From: Macrostomum lignano
Lineage: Eukaryota
Length of the DNA: 60,520 bases
NCBI GenBank assembly: GCA_002269645.1
Contig: NIVC01001442.1
Location: 1-60,520 of the forward strand
Reading direction: 5' to 3'
Shown here: positions 1 to 12,900 of the stretch, piece by piece
How the letters are laid out: the number at the start of each line of letters is the position of its first letter
Position numbering within the stretch: the first letter of the stretch is position 1
Notes under the pieces: model-generated
What the model was told of the DNA's origin: nothing
The model's input: only the letters and a program-made list of their open reading frames with translations
The model's database searches: none
Position numbers and translations under genes: made by a program

Positions 1-216
1 CAGCTGTCTGACACATCTACAGCTGTCTGACACATCTACAGTTTGACACATCTACAGCTGTCTGACACATCTACAGCTGCTGACACATCTACAGCTGTCT
101 GACACATCTACAGTGTCTTGACACATCTACAGCTGTCTGACGCATCTACAGTTGTCTGACAAATCTGCAGTTATCTGACACATCTACAGCTGTCTGACAC
201 ATCTACAGCTGTCTGA
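1..216. repeat. 19-bp minisatellite (CAGCTGTCTGACACATCTA)n, truncated by the window edge
   Basis: About 11 directly visible tandem copies with occasional 1-2 nt indels. Confidence 0.95.
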
Positions 217-248
217 TCATTTTTGATTTTCTGTCACCCCGCTCTCAG

Positions 249-452
249 GAGGAGGAGGAGTTCCAGAGGCAGCACGGCACAGTGATGCCTGCAGTCACCC
301 TGCCCATCATCGGCGAGGAGAAGGAAGAGGACGAGGAGGACGAGGAGGAGGGCGGCGACGCCACAGGAGATGCGGCAGATTCGCAGACGGCAGTGACGGC
401 AGCCAAGAGAAACTGCTTGGAGCCTGCGGAAACTCTGGACTGGCTGCTTTGA
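249..452 (+). CDS. Candidate exon of an unidentified gene (acidic: EEEEFQRQHGTVMPAVTLPIIGEEKEEDEEDEEEGG...DWLL*)
   Basis: Pyrimidine tract plus AG at 247-248, G/C-rich third positions in phase 0, TGA at 450-452 and a GTGAG donor-like site at 454. No family recognised. Confidence 0.3.
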   Translation, partial: EEEEFQRQHGTVMPAVTLPIIGEEKEEDEEDEEEGGDATGDAADSQTAVTAAKRNCLEPAETLDWLL

Positions 453-498
453 AGTGAGCGCAGTTGGTTGAAATTTGTTTCAGTATTGCTAACATTGG

Positions 499-770
499 TT
501 AGGGAGTGCGGTTTGTGCTGGGGCGGTAGGGAGTGATGTGTGTGTGCTGGGGTGGCAGGGAGTGGGGTGTGTGTGCTGGGGCGATAGGGAGTGGGGTGTG
601 TGTGCTGGGGCGATAGGGTGTGGGGTGTGTGCTGGGGTGGCAGGGAGTGGGTGTGTGTGCTGGGGCGATAGGAGTGGGGTCTGTGTGCTGGGGCGATAGG
701 GAGTGGGGTGTGTGCTGGGGTGGCAGGGAGTGGGGTGTGTGTGCTGGGGCGATAGGGAGTGGGGTGTACT
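499..770. repeat. G-rich 27-29-bp minisatellite (GGGAGTGGGGTGTGTGTGCTGGGGCGATA)n
   Basis: Visible tandem copies. It produces the spurious PYRPSTHTP-type ORFs. Confidence 0.9.
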
Positions 771-984
771 ATATATTTAAAGTGATAAACTGGACCTCTT
801 CGTGCGCCACGCGCACGGAGAGGCCTAAAATATCGATCGTACAATTTTTATACGCTCCAACTAGATCGTGCACACAACAGGAAAGTAAAACGGCCCAATT
901 AGGGGCAACTGAACGCAAAAATACATAGAGTCAGTAGGAATTAATACGTTTTTTGTCAGTTTATGTGGATAAATCTGACAGGTG

Positions 985-1425
985 GTAGGGAGTGGGATGT
1001 GTGCTGGTGTGGTAGGGAGTGGGTGTGTGCTGGGGGGATAGGGAGTGGGCTTAGTAGGGAGTGGGAAGCGGGTTATACTAACAATAATGAACAGGTTAGC
1101 TGAATTATCTATGGTGAATTAACGGTTGAGATTGTCTGTGGGGAAGAGCATGGTAGACAAAGGGAGACGGCTAACTGAAAAGTACGAGGCTGAATTGCAA
1201 AACAGAAAGTACAAATATTTGGGGATGGAAAACCGACAGCTGGTGTGACACGGAGTGGGGTGTGTGCTGGGTGATATGGAGTGGGTGTGTGTGCTGGGGT
1301 GATAGGGAGTGGGTGTGTGCTGGGGTGATAGGGAGTGGGGTGTGTGTGCTGGGGCGATAGGGAGTGGGGTGTGTGTGCTGTGGTGATAAGGAGTGGGTGT
1401 GTTTTCTGGTGTGGTAGGGAGTGGG
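985..1425. repeat. Two further patches (about 985-1055 and 1252-1425) of the same G-rich minisatellite family as 499-770
   Basis: Same GGGAGTGGG(G)TGTGTGCTGGGG core. Confidence 0.7.
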
Positions 1426-2109
1426 GTGGCGAGTGTTGAGTGCTATTGTGCTTGGGAGAGTGATCAGTATTGAGGTAGGAGCCGTGGAGGTGAGTTGGGT
1501 GCAGTTGTGCCTCACAAAACCAGCGCAGGTCTCAGTAAACATGAGCTGTATTGTCGCAGTTGTTTCAAACCCAGCTTCCGTATTCCCCGTAAAAACCCAA
1601 CAAAAGGCCTCATCATCAGCCTGGCCGCTCACTGCGGCAGTGGCTAAAGGCTTCCAAGCTGAGGGTCTCCAGAGACAGGTACAAATAAAATAATTTGAAA
1701 GTTGAAACCTGAATCCTGCTACGAGCGCAGTATTTACCTGCATTAGTTTCTCCGTTGAAACACTCAATCTTAATAAGGACTAACTCGGCCTGCAAGCATG
1801 TTTTATTGAGCCAATAAATTTGCATGATTTTATTAATCCTATGCAGTGCTTTCCCTGCATACTATTGTGAGTAGAGCATGCCGTGAGTCTTCTATTAAAC
1901 ACTAACTCTTGCCTACATCAAAGCTTTGCACAAAAAGTACTCATGTGATAGCGATTCGAGAGCATTGCGTTTTAAACAAAGCATCTCAAGGGCAAGTCTG
2001 GGCGACTCCAGCCTCATCATCCCCGCCGAGTCGTCTCAAGTCGGTGCAGGAGCTGCTGCTGCTGACGCTGCAGGCACTCTACCGGGTCCGGCGTTGACAG
2101 GCGCGTGGT

Positions 2110-2735
2110 CCTTAGATAAGGCTCCCGCTGCCCCCTATCTTTAGATATGGCTCCCGCTGCCCCCTGTCCTTAGATATGGCTCCCGCTACCCCTTGTCATT
2201 AGATAAGGCTCCCCCGCTACCCCTTGTCATTAGATAAGGCTCCCCCGCTACCCCTTGTCATTAGATAAGGCTCCCCCGCTACCCCTTGTCATTAGATAAG
2301 GCTCCCCTACCTACCCCTTGTCATTAGATAAGGCTCCCGCTACCCCTTGTCATTAGATAAGGCCCCCGCTACCCCTTGTCATTAGATAAGGCTCCCCCGC
2401 TACCCCTTGTCATTAGATAAGGCTCCCGCTACCCCTTGTCATTAGATAAGGCTCCCGCTACCCTTGTCATTGGATAAGGCTCCCCGCTACCCCTTGTCAT
2501 TAGATAAGGCTCCGCTACCCCTTGTCATTAGATAAGGCTCCCCCGCTACCCCTTGTCATTAGATAAGGCTCCGCTACCCCTTGTCATTAGATAAGGCTCC
2601 CGCTACCCCTTGTCATTAGATAAGGCTCCCCGCTACCCTTGTCATTAGATAAGGCTCCCGCTGCCCCTTGTCATTAGATAAGGCTCCGCTGCCCCCTTGT
2701 CATTAGATAAGGCTCCCGCTACCCCCTGTCCTTAA
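2110..2735. repeat. About 29-bp minisatellite (CCCGCTACCCCTTGTCATTAGATAAGGCT)n
   Basis: About 21 copies that differ mainly in C-run length. Confidence 0.95.
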
Positions 2736-2830
2736 ATCGCCCCTGCCATTCAAAATTTCTTTATTTTTAATCTGAGTGCTCAAATCAAGCATGTTTTGTT
2801 ACTAACGGTAGTCAGAAGTTTACCTTGCAG

Positions 2831-3085
2831 AAATTTTGAACTTTGGCAGACCCTCGCCGCTGCTCTGTGCCGAGCCGACGCCGTACTTTGCCAGCTCAAG
2901 GACCGAGCAGTCGCCGCCATCGCCGCCCAGTCAGCAGCAGCGTCGCTGCAGCTCCGTCCGAGTGCGCACCGGCGGTGTCAGCGGGGAGGCGACGTCGGTG
3001 GACGGCGGCGCTTCTGCCGGGCAGTCGCTGCAGCCGCCGGCGCCTCTGGTTGGAATTCTCAAGCGGAGCAGAGGGAACTCAACAG
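2831..3085 (+). CDS. Candidate internal exon of an unidentified gene (ILNFGRPSP...LVGILKRSRGNST)
   Basis: CCTTGCAG acceptor at 2830, CAG|GTCCGG donor at 3086, phase 1-1, strongly G/C-ending codons in this frame, and a phase match to the exon at 4320. Confidence 0.35.
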
Positions 3086-3224
3086 GTCCGGGCTTGAAGG
3101 GTGGCAATATTTTATAATTTGAAATTGTTTCAGCCAAATTCACCTATCACTGTTGATGCTCTACCAAATACTCAAAACACTAAAGAAGTCGATTCCACTC
3201 AAGTTGATCCTAGGATAGGAAATA

Positions 3225-4132
3225 ATCATATGAGGATATGAAACACTCATGAGAATATAAAACACTGATTAGCATTAGGTGACACTATTAATATTAGGAA
3301 ACACTATTAGGATTAGGAAACACTATTAGGATTAGGAAACACTATTAGGATTAGGAAACACTATTAGGATTAGAAAACACTCATTAGGATTATGAAACAC
3401 TATTAGGATTAGGAAACACTCATTAGGATTAGGAAACGCTCATTAGGATTATGAAACACTATTAGGATTAGGAAACTATCATTAGGATTAGGAAACACTA
3501 TTAGGATTAGGAAACACTCATTAGGATTATGAAGCACTATTAGGATTAGGAAACACTCGTTAGGATTAGGAAACTCTCATTAGGATTAGGAAACACTCAT
3601 TAGGATTATGAAACACTATTAGGATTAGGAAACACTCGTTAGGATTAGGAAACTCTCATTAGGATTAGGAAACACTATTAGGATTAGGAAACACTCATTA
3701 GGATTATGAAGCACTATTAGGATTAGGAAACACTCATTAGGATTAGGAAACGCTCATTAGGATTATGAAGCACTATTAGGATTAGGAAACACTATTAGGA
3801 TTAGGAAACACTATGTAAGATTAGGAAACACTATTAGGATTAGGAAACACTCATTAGGATTATGAAGCACTATTAGGATTAGGAAACACTCATTAGGATT
3901 ATGAAGCACTATTAGGATTAGGAAACACTCATTAGGATTATGAAGCACTATTAGGATTAGGAAACACTATTAGGATTAGGAAACACTATTAGGATTAGGA
4001 AACGCTCATTAGGATTAGGAAACACTATTAGGATTAGGAAACACTCATTAGGATTATGAAGCACTATTAGGATTAGGAAACACTCATTAGGATTATGAAG
4101 CACTATTAGGATTAGGAAACACTCGTTAGGAT
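3225..4132. repeat. 19-20-bp minisatellite (ATTAGGATTAGGAAACACT[C])n
   Basis: About 45 visible copies with ATGAAGC variants. Confidence 0.95.
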
Positions 4133-4319
4133 TGCGTAACGCTCGTTGATAAAATTCCTATCTTTTCTTCCTGGAAACTGGAGTTTCTTTGGGCTATATT
4201 TAGGAAGCCGGCAAATTCACGGACATCGTGCAAATAAAATTTCCGGATTTATTCTAACGACCCTCGTTACACCATTGAATAACTATGCGCCCGGCCCGCA
4301 GTGGACCTCACCTCCGCAG

Positions 4320-4690
4320 CCATCACCCGCCAAACCTCTTTCTCGTTTCGGCCCCACCACTCGAGGCCGCCGCCTAATTCGCCGCCTAATCAATCGAGCC
4401 GCCGCTTAATTAGCGACGAAGCCGACGCCGACGAGCTGCGACGTCTGCGCGGTGACGTCGCCGAGCTGAAGGCCGGCTTAGCCGGAGTCGCCGGCCGCCT
4501 TGCGGCGCTGGCCGACCTTCTCCAGCGACGGCCGCCGACGCCGCCGCCTACTGAGCGGTGCGACGCCTTCCTGAGGCCAGAGGACCCCGCCATCCTGACG
4601 GAGGGCCCGCGGACCAACGGCAACGACAGCGACGACAATCACGAGGAGAAGACTGATGAGGTGGAGAGTCTGCTTAAAGGTACTCGATAA
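4320..4690 (+). CDS. Candidate terminal exon of an unidentified gene with a coiled-coil (DELRRLRGDVAELKAGLAGVAGRLAALADLLQRR ... VESLLKGTR*)
   Basis: CCTCCGCAG acceptor at 4319 (phase 1), open GC3-rich frame to TAA at 4688-4690, heptad-like L/V spacing, and AATAAA at 5464-5469 downstream. Confidence 0.4.
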
Positions 4691-4984
4691 CTCATGGCCG
4701 CAAACTCACTATTTGCAGGCGATTCCAAAGGAATTATTAAATACTTGGCTACTAGACTTGATCAGGTGTTTTTTACCGCGCAGTTCTCGGCACAACGCGC
4801 AGTTTGTCATCTTTTATCGCTGTTTTCAACTTTCGGTTCCCCCGCTCTTTTGAATTGATTTTCACGCACTTGGTTATACGCTAACTGGTTGGTATTATTA
4901 TCGGTATGAATTAGACTTCTTGCATTTTGCTGATTATTTACTGATGGCTAATATTTAGGATAGGTGCAGTTGGAGCGAGGTGGA

Positions 4985-5245
4985 TGTACGTGGAGTGAGG
5001 TGGGTGTGGAGTGAGGTGGGTGTGAAGTGAGGTGGGTGTGGAGTGAGGTGGTGTGGAATGAGGTGGGTGTGAAGTGAGGTGGGTGTGGAGTGGAGTGAGG
5101 TGGGTGTGGAGTGAGGTGGGTGTGGAGTGGAGTGAGGTGGGTGTGGAGTGAGGTGGGTGTGGAGTGGAGTGAGGTGGGTGTGAAATGAGGTGGGTGTGAA
5201 ATGAGGTGGGTGTGGAGTGAGGTGGGTGTGGAGTGAGGTGAGGTT
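4985..5245. repeat. 16-bp minisatellite (GTGAGGTGGGTGTGGA)n with GTGGA insertion variants
   Basis: Visible tandem copies. Confidence 0.9.
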
Positions 5246-6777
5246 CGAGCTATGAGGTGTGCGATTGGGGTGTGCAATTCAGCAAAATCAAAGTTTTTTG
5301 TTTTTTTCCAAAAGTTCAAACTGACTTATTTTTCTCAAGAAGCAACACTATTTTTAAATGCGCTTACAATTGATGTATTTGTTATTATTTATTTCATTTT
5401 GCCATCATGTTACTCTAAACCTACACATAAACCTGACCTCTAAGCCGGTCGAGACTCAGAATCAATAAAAAAGGATCAATTTATTACTTTTCAATTAGTT
5501 ACAATCTTATTCAGGATGCCAATTTATGGCGGGGGTCGACAAACTCCAGCCCGCGAAGCCTTTCTATCCGGCCCTGGGGTCCTTTGAAATTTCACAATAG
5601 CAACCCGGCCCGCTCAAGGTTTGCGTCTCCTCAGCTCTCTTCTCTCTAATCTCCTCTCTCATCGCTAGCCAGGGAGTCGAGTCTCCAAAGTAAGTGAAAG
5701 CAGAGAAACGCAGACACATAATCCGCAAATTCCATGTCAACTCAGCAAAGATTTTCAAACGTCGATATGCGCTATCAGTTTATAATTATAATTAATAGTA
5801 AACACAAATATGTTGATGCATATTAATGTGTATAGAATATACGCAGACTCACAATTGCTACAATACCAAAGTGCTACCTGTGCATAACTGCAGCTCACTG
5901 CAGCAAAAGGTGCGTAGGCGGGAGTCAACTGCTGATTACGTAATAAATGACTGACGCTGGGCGAGCTCTAGTAAGTAAAAACTGTGACAGGAGGGGCTGC
6001 GCTGTCAAACGAATGGAACAAAGAATGTTGGGGATTTGACGGAGGGCAAGAGCTTATTTAATGAGTGCAGATTAGATCGCGGACGCGCACGAGCTGGCCA
6101 GCAATTTCAATAATTAATCAAACCTGAGAAACTGTGCTGTCGGCATTAGCTGGAGAGACGGGCAGGGAGCCTGGAGCAGATGAAGATGAGGCAGACAGAA
6201 GCAAACAGGGGACAGTAACAAAATAACTATAGAAGGGGGGGCAGTGCAAATCATGAACTGCTGAGCTGACTTGAGAACTTCTCCATCGCAACCAGGCAGC
6301 AGTTCAATGGATTAGCATTAACAAACAACTTGGCTCCGACTCACTGGTAATGAGTAGACAGATTAAAACGACAGAAGCAGAGAAAAAATATATATATAGT
6401 GAGACACAACGCTACTAACGAGATATAGTTGCTGGGGGGTCAGGTAATGCAGCTCAAAATGAAACTGGGTTCCGCTTTCTTCATCTGCTCGTTGAGCTCA
6501 ATCCTTCTCTGTGCGCAAAAAAGAACTCAAAAATGATGATTAATAATTAAAACATTCTGTCAGGAACTAAGATCTATAAAAAACATAAATGTGAATATTA
6601 ATCGTATCGAACTTCGCTACGCAGAGAGGAACAAGGGGCGTCGGAGTAGAAAAAGAGATCAGCTATTTCAGTTGCGGCTCCGGCAGCTTATCAATTATTA
6701 TTATTGTCTGCTTCTAGGAGGAGCAAGCAAGACACCTTGCACAGGCTGTCAAGGGCTTCGTCTGCCCTCTGTTCGTT

Positions 6778-6956
6778 TCAGGCCATAATTGTGGAGGCGG
6801 CCGCGGCAGCGGCAGCAGTGGCGGCCCCGCAGCTTGGCGGGGTGGCGTAGCCGGAGTCCGGGCTGTCGCAGACCACGGCGCGACCGACGGAGCTGCCGCT
6901 GCCGACGCCGCCGCCGTTGCTGTTGCTGTTGTCCATGGCAGACAGCTCCATCTCCT
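6778..6956 (-). CDS. Mxd: Mxd-like probable last exon (EEMELSAMDNSNSNGGGVGSGSSVGRAVVCDSPDSGYATPP...STIMA*)
   Basis: GCTAAT branch-like site, CCCGCAG acceptor (6958-6957), phase 1 matching the exon 4 donor, and TGA at 6780-6778. DSPDSGY resembles the SDEGYS motif of the Mad/Mxi1 tail. Confidence 0.6.
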
Positions 6957-9900
6957 CTGCGGGTTGGGCGGTTTAGCGGCATTAGCGAAATTAATTGCCC
7001 AGCGGAGAATAGGGGCGGCAGAGAGCGGAGAAAAGGGGCGGCAGAGAGCGGAGAAAAGAGGCGGCAGAGAGCGGAGAAAAGGGGCGGCAGAGAGCGGAGA
7101 AAAGGGGCGGCAGAGAGCGGAGAATAGGGGCGGCAGAGAGCGGAGAATAGGGGCGGCAGAGAGCGGAGAAAAGGGGCGGCAGAGAGCGGAGAATAGGGGC
7201 GGCAGAGAGCGGAGAAAAGGGCGACAGAGAGCGGAGAATAGGGGCGGCAGAGAGCGGAGAAAAGGGGCGGCAGAGAGCGGAGTAAAAGGGCGGCAGAGAG
7301 CGGAGAATAGGGGCGGCAGAGAGCGGAGAATAGGGGCGGCAGAGAGCGGAGAATAGGGGCGGCAGAGAGCGGAGAATAGGGGCGGCAGAGAGCGGAGAAA
7401 AGGGGCGGCAGAGAGCGGAGAATAGGGGGGGGGGGAGTGATCGGAGGAAGCAAAAAAGCAATCAGAGAAAATATCAAAGAAAAAGGCTCAGACACTGGTC
7501 AGTCTACTGTCAGTAGCATGCCAAGCAAATGCGCCGCCCAGTCGCAGCGATTACTCATTCCCCACAACCCCTTGCGGGCGTCGGACAGGCCGATAAACCA
7601 GGAAAATTCGGCGCCGCACGCCACCTGCCTACTCGCTTTGTTCATATAAGCTGGATTTCCGGCAGCTGATCAAACTGGCTGAATGTTGATGCGTTTTGCT
7701 TTTTTCCCCAGCCACCAACTCAGGAAAAATTTCCCCATGCCAGTGATGAATGTAAAAAATATTGAAACTTTGAGCAGTTTAAATTGGATTAATTTCTATA
7801 GACAAGCCGCAATGCCGAATGCGAGGTGAAAGACTGGCGGCGGCCCGCTGCTGCAAGGCTGCGGTCGGAGGGGGAGGGGGGTGGCCTCGGGGCGCCAGAG
7901 TTCCGGGCTTCAACTTCTTCGCCACAAATTTCCTCTTTTCATAAAAGCTTGCATTGTTCCTTCCCAACTTCCGCCGTCAATATCGCCCCCCCCCCATTCT
8001 CTGCCCCTCTTCTCCCACCAGAAAGAGGTTTCTCCTTACGCAGCAGCCGCCTCTCTCATTCCCAGCAACAGCAAACTCAAAACTTTCCCGAGACCTGAAG
8101 CCTTAGCTTCCCCACAGGACAGCTCAGAAAATGCGGCTAGGAAAGCCGGCGCCCCCCCCCCTCAACCTCAAAGCGGCAGCTAGAGCTTTCTAGACTACAG
8201 AAGCAGAGAAGATTGTTGGGCTCAAAAAATGAAATATGAGACCTCGGAGGTGAACCCGAGAGAGCCTCAGGCCCGGCCTGTCAATGCAGTGTGCCAGACA
8301 GAGATTAGTAGAACACCGATTTTAAGGATTCCCACGAAACTAGAAAGGCATTGAGCTTTTGTTTGCGGCGCTGCTCCAGCTGGCAAAACTGACCCAACTA
8401 AATCCATATCGATAGACTAGCAGTATTCGCTTGACAAAATAGCACACAAATTTAATTTTAAACAGCTTCTCCTGTTCACACTTAGTGGGCGCACTGAATT
8501 TCAAACTGTACAAGTCTAAAATTATTCGAATATATATACTCGTAGCTGATAAACAGAGCTTGTGGATTAAAATAGAAGCCACCTGCCAAACAAGTTGATA
8601 TCTAAGAAGCAGCAGTGCAGAATACAAGCTGCTCACATGCTAAACAGTTTGGCGTGTTTACAATTGCACTGAATCACTTCTCCCCCCTCCAACACTTCAC
8701 TGAGGCTGGTCTTCCGCCCCCCGACACTCACTGAGGCTGGTCTTCCGCCCCCCCCCCCAACACTTTACTGAGGCTGGTCTTCCGCCCCTCTATCACTCAC
8801 TGAGGCTGGTCTTCCGCCCCCCGACACTGACTGAGGCTGGTCTTCCACCCCTCTATCACTCAATGAGGCTGGTCTTCCGCCCCTCTATCACTCACTGAGG
8901 CTGGTCTTCCGCCCCCCTATCACTCACTGAGGCTGGTCTTCCGCCCCCCGACACTCACTGAGGCTGGTCTTCCGCCCCTCTATCACTCACTGATGCTGGT
9001 CTTCCGCCCCCCGAACACTTTACTGAGGCTGGTCTTCCGCCCCCCCCTCATCACTCACTGAGGCTGGTCTTCCGCCCCCCTATCACTCACTGATGCTGGT
9101 CTTCCGCCCCCCTATCACTCACTGAGGCTGGTCTTCCGCCCCTCTATCACTCACTGAGGCTGGTCTTCCGCCCCCCTATCACTCACTGAGGCTGGTCTTC
9201 CGCCCCTCTATCACTCACTGAGGCTGGTCTTCCGCCCCCCGACACTGACTGAGGCTGGTCTTCCACCCCTCTATCACTCAATGAGGCTGGTCTTCCGCCC
9301 CTCTATCACTCACTGAGGCTGGTCTTCCGCCCCCCTATCACTCACTGAGGCTGGTCTTCCGCCCCCCGACACTCACTGAGGCTGGTCTTCCGCCCCCCTA
9401 TCACTCACTGAGGCTGGTCTTCCGCCCCCCTATCACTCACTGAGGCTGGTCTTCCGCCCCTCTATCACTCACTGATGCTGGTCTTCCGCCCCCCCGAACA
9501 CTTTACTGAGGCTGGTCTTCCGCCCCCCCCCTCATCACTCACTGAGGCTGGTCTTCCGCCCCCCGACACTCACTGAGGCTGGTCTTCCGCCCCCCTATCA
9601 CTCACTGAGGCTGGTCTTCCGCCCCCCGACACTCACTGAGGCTGGTCTTCCGCCCCCCCCCCAACACTTTACTGAGGCTGGTCTTCCGCCCCCCCCAACA
9701 CTTTAGTGAGGCTGGTCTTCCGCCCCCATCACTCACTGAGGCCGATTTTCCGCCCCCCATCACTCACTGAGGCCGATTTTCCGCCCCCATCACTCACTGA
9801 GGCTGGTCTTCCGCCCCCATCACTCACTGAGGCCAACACTAGCACATTCTCGGCCGCTCGCCTCCCATTCCCAATTAGAAAATCCACTAAGCCGGATTGC

Positions 9901-12900
9901 AAGGCGCCCCTATTGCCATTATCACCATAAAGCTTTATAAATAGAAAGCAAGAAGGCAGCAGTTGGAACACATCAATAGGCAATTTTGCTCCCGTGAGAC
10001 GGCAGAGAAAGAGAGACTGAGAAGGGGATGAGGAAGAGGCGGCCGCAGCGCTACTCACGCCCTCAATAATTAACTACTAGTAAAGCGAGGCCATCCCTTA
10101 GCCTTGCGTTGGCGCCTCGCCAAGCCTCTGCTCGACTTCTGCGCTTCGCCCGCAGAAGCCGACCCGACACTGCTGTGATGCCAACGGAGCTTTCAAATGA
10201 GAGGAGGAGATAAGGAGAGGGAGAGAGGGTAAAGGATGAGCTTTAGCGGCCAGCTCAGCGCGCAGCTCAAAGTGCATTGAAGAGACCGGGAGAGGGCTAA
10301 GTGAAGCACGAGATTCTCCCTTAGCGCTCTCTTCTCTTCTCTATCTCTCAAGTTCCCAAGTCCCAACGCCCATCTTTTGAATTTGGCTGGCAAGAAAACT
10401 GCGCTAAACCCGTCCTGATAGATATTGGAAAGAGGAAGGAAGGAGAAGGAAGGAAAGGTCGGAAAATTTCGCTTTTGGATAGATAAGCGAGACAGGGGGC
10501 CGTTCAGTCCTTAAACTGTTCAGCGATGCGCAGCAGGGACGGCGGATATAACAGCTTAAAGGAAAAAAGGGAGGCCACAAAATAACTGCAGATAGTTCAG
10601 TTCTGGACACCTGCGTGCGCTTCTAATAGAGAAAGAAAAAGCAAACAGGCAAGGGAAGATTCACAAGGAGAGTGGGGTGACATGCTGACACTAGAGCTTC
10701 CAGCAGTGGGATCGGGATGCTGACACTAGAGCAGCCAGCTGTGGGATCGGGATGCTGACACTAGAGCAGCCAGCTGTGGGATCGGGAAGCCGGGATTTCC
10801 TGTTCTTGTGACTCTATGTGGAAATTCACAAAACACAAGAAATTAATGACAGGTGAAAGGACAAACGCAATTGGCGTTGGTACGCAACGCCCAGTACAAT
10901 TAGCTGCTTTTGATATTCATAATCTGCCCCTGGAGCTTGCGTGATCCCACTGATCCCCATCTCTCACTCACTCAGGCTCAGGTGGACAGGCCCCGTCCAC
11001 CCAGAAACTGAGGCCTGGCAGTCACGCACTGCCGAGCTGCCACCACCCCACCACCTGAGCCTTCAGCTTCCCCGCCACGCTAAACTGGGCCGCTCTCTCC
11101 GCCGCTGGCTCATTCTCATTCAGAGTCCGGGCTGGAGCAGCAGCGAGCTGGGATTGACTTTGGATTTTTAGCGGGGCTCAGCAACCTCAGCCGAGGGTTG
11201 CACAGCGGGGAAGGCGGATGGGAAGGGGGATCTGGCCTGGGCTTCTTCCCCTAGCTGGCAGGTTCGGCAAGCTGGCAATTGCAAAATCAGTCGCGCCTCC
11301 TGCGCTCCGCAGCTCCCGGCAGCAACAAACACGAAAACAGGCGAAATGTCAGAGATGCCCCCCGGACCCTGAAAATCTTCCCCTTCATTGCCCCCAAATT
11401 CCCACACTTTGCCTACGATTCAATACCCAGTCGAGGCATTCGGTAGGAAATCTTCGATATTTTCACTAGCGAGCGGCCCCAGTCCCCCCGTTCGGGCCGC
11501 AACTTAACCTCCAGGGTCGGGGCAGCGGTGCTGATGCACTGCTAATGCGTAGTGTTATCTTTCTTGCCTAATTCAATCCGCTGGGCTGGCCCCTAGAAAC
11601 CCGCCATCCCTATGCCCGGCACCCCGGAGCTCCCATGGGAGTGGGGCTGAGGGGGGAGGGACCCGCGGATCATGCAAAAATAAGACAGAATAAAATATCA
11701 TATAAAAAGTATGACAGCTTGCTACTGCAAAGTGTGTAGCGCGGAAACTGGGGTGGAGTCGCTCGGGAGGCTGGGAGACAGACAAAAGCAGCCTCACCCG
11801 CCAGCAGGAAATGGATGGCCCCGCAGTTGCCCCCCCCCGCTAAGCCAGATGGAGTGAGGCTGCGTATCCAATGCCTGAATTCTCAGCAGTCCACCCGGCC
11901 AGTTTCAGTGCTAATTTGTTCGCCGGAATTCAGGCTCAGGTGTGACACCCTGCGGGCCTGAAACCGCAACATCTGCTCCAGCTATCAATTCATTCTACCT
12001 GGAAGGTGATAGATCTCAGCTGATGAGCTCAAGCCCCTCCCCATCAGTTAGCAACTGATGAAATTCTCACGCCTGCAAGACTCTGAGTGCTGGCTGGCAG
12101 GTTCTGCAGGAACTGCGCGGAATTCCCCTCCAGCCAAGCCGCTCCTCTCTATCTGGACCGCTCAATCAATTCAGTTTATTGACTGGCTGCGCAGACAGGG
12201 GGGCACTGTTCTCGCTACAGAGCACTCTTCTCTCTCTGCCTGTCCTCTCCCATCAAAAAATCTCTCTCTCAACTTCCCTATACTCTATTTTTTATTTCCA
12301 ATCCTTTGCGTTCCTATATCATTATGCATTATATATATTATGTACACGTATGTACATTTCAAGAGCCAAGGAGGGAGACAGAGAAGGAGACTGGGAGGGG
12401 GGAGTCAGCCGCAGTGATGATGAAGGAAAATAGGCAGGCGGCAAGCTAGAAAAAAGGAGAAAGTGAAGCTTAGCGTTGCACTTTCTAAAACATCCGTTTA
12501 ATAAAACAATGGGTCTGGATGTTTAAAACAGCAAACCCGAACTTGGCAGCTGGCTAATACGTCTTATACTACACACTAATTTTATCAGGCTAAGCACGGA
12601 CAATATTAATAAATCATAAACTGGAGCGCAACTGTATTTGCTCTATATACAAGAGCGGCAAAGGCTGGGGACACAGGGGGGGGGGTAGCCGAGCTTCAAT
12701 TCGTGGACGCCAGACTGACTGACCGAGCGCAAAAGCAAATAGAAGCAAAATTTGATGGGCCCGGCGCCCCGATTCCAATATTTTATCTGAAGGGAGGCGA
12801 GAGGAGCTGCTCAAATGAGCGGCAGCGCCAGCCAGCATCCAGCCTCATCAACTCTGGCTCGTGATTCGTGCAGAATTTGACTTCCTCTCTCTTATCTGGC

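Noticed and set aside
1421-2144. Possible extra + strand exons (ORFs 1421-1693, 1909-2097 and 1926-2144)
   Set aside because: No consistent acceptor/donor phases and no recognisable protein motif.
3225-4132. Telomere-like TTAGG content
   Set aside because: TTAGGA occurs only as part of a 19-20-bp unit; there are no (TTAGGG)n or (TTAGG)n tracts.
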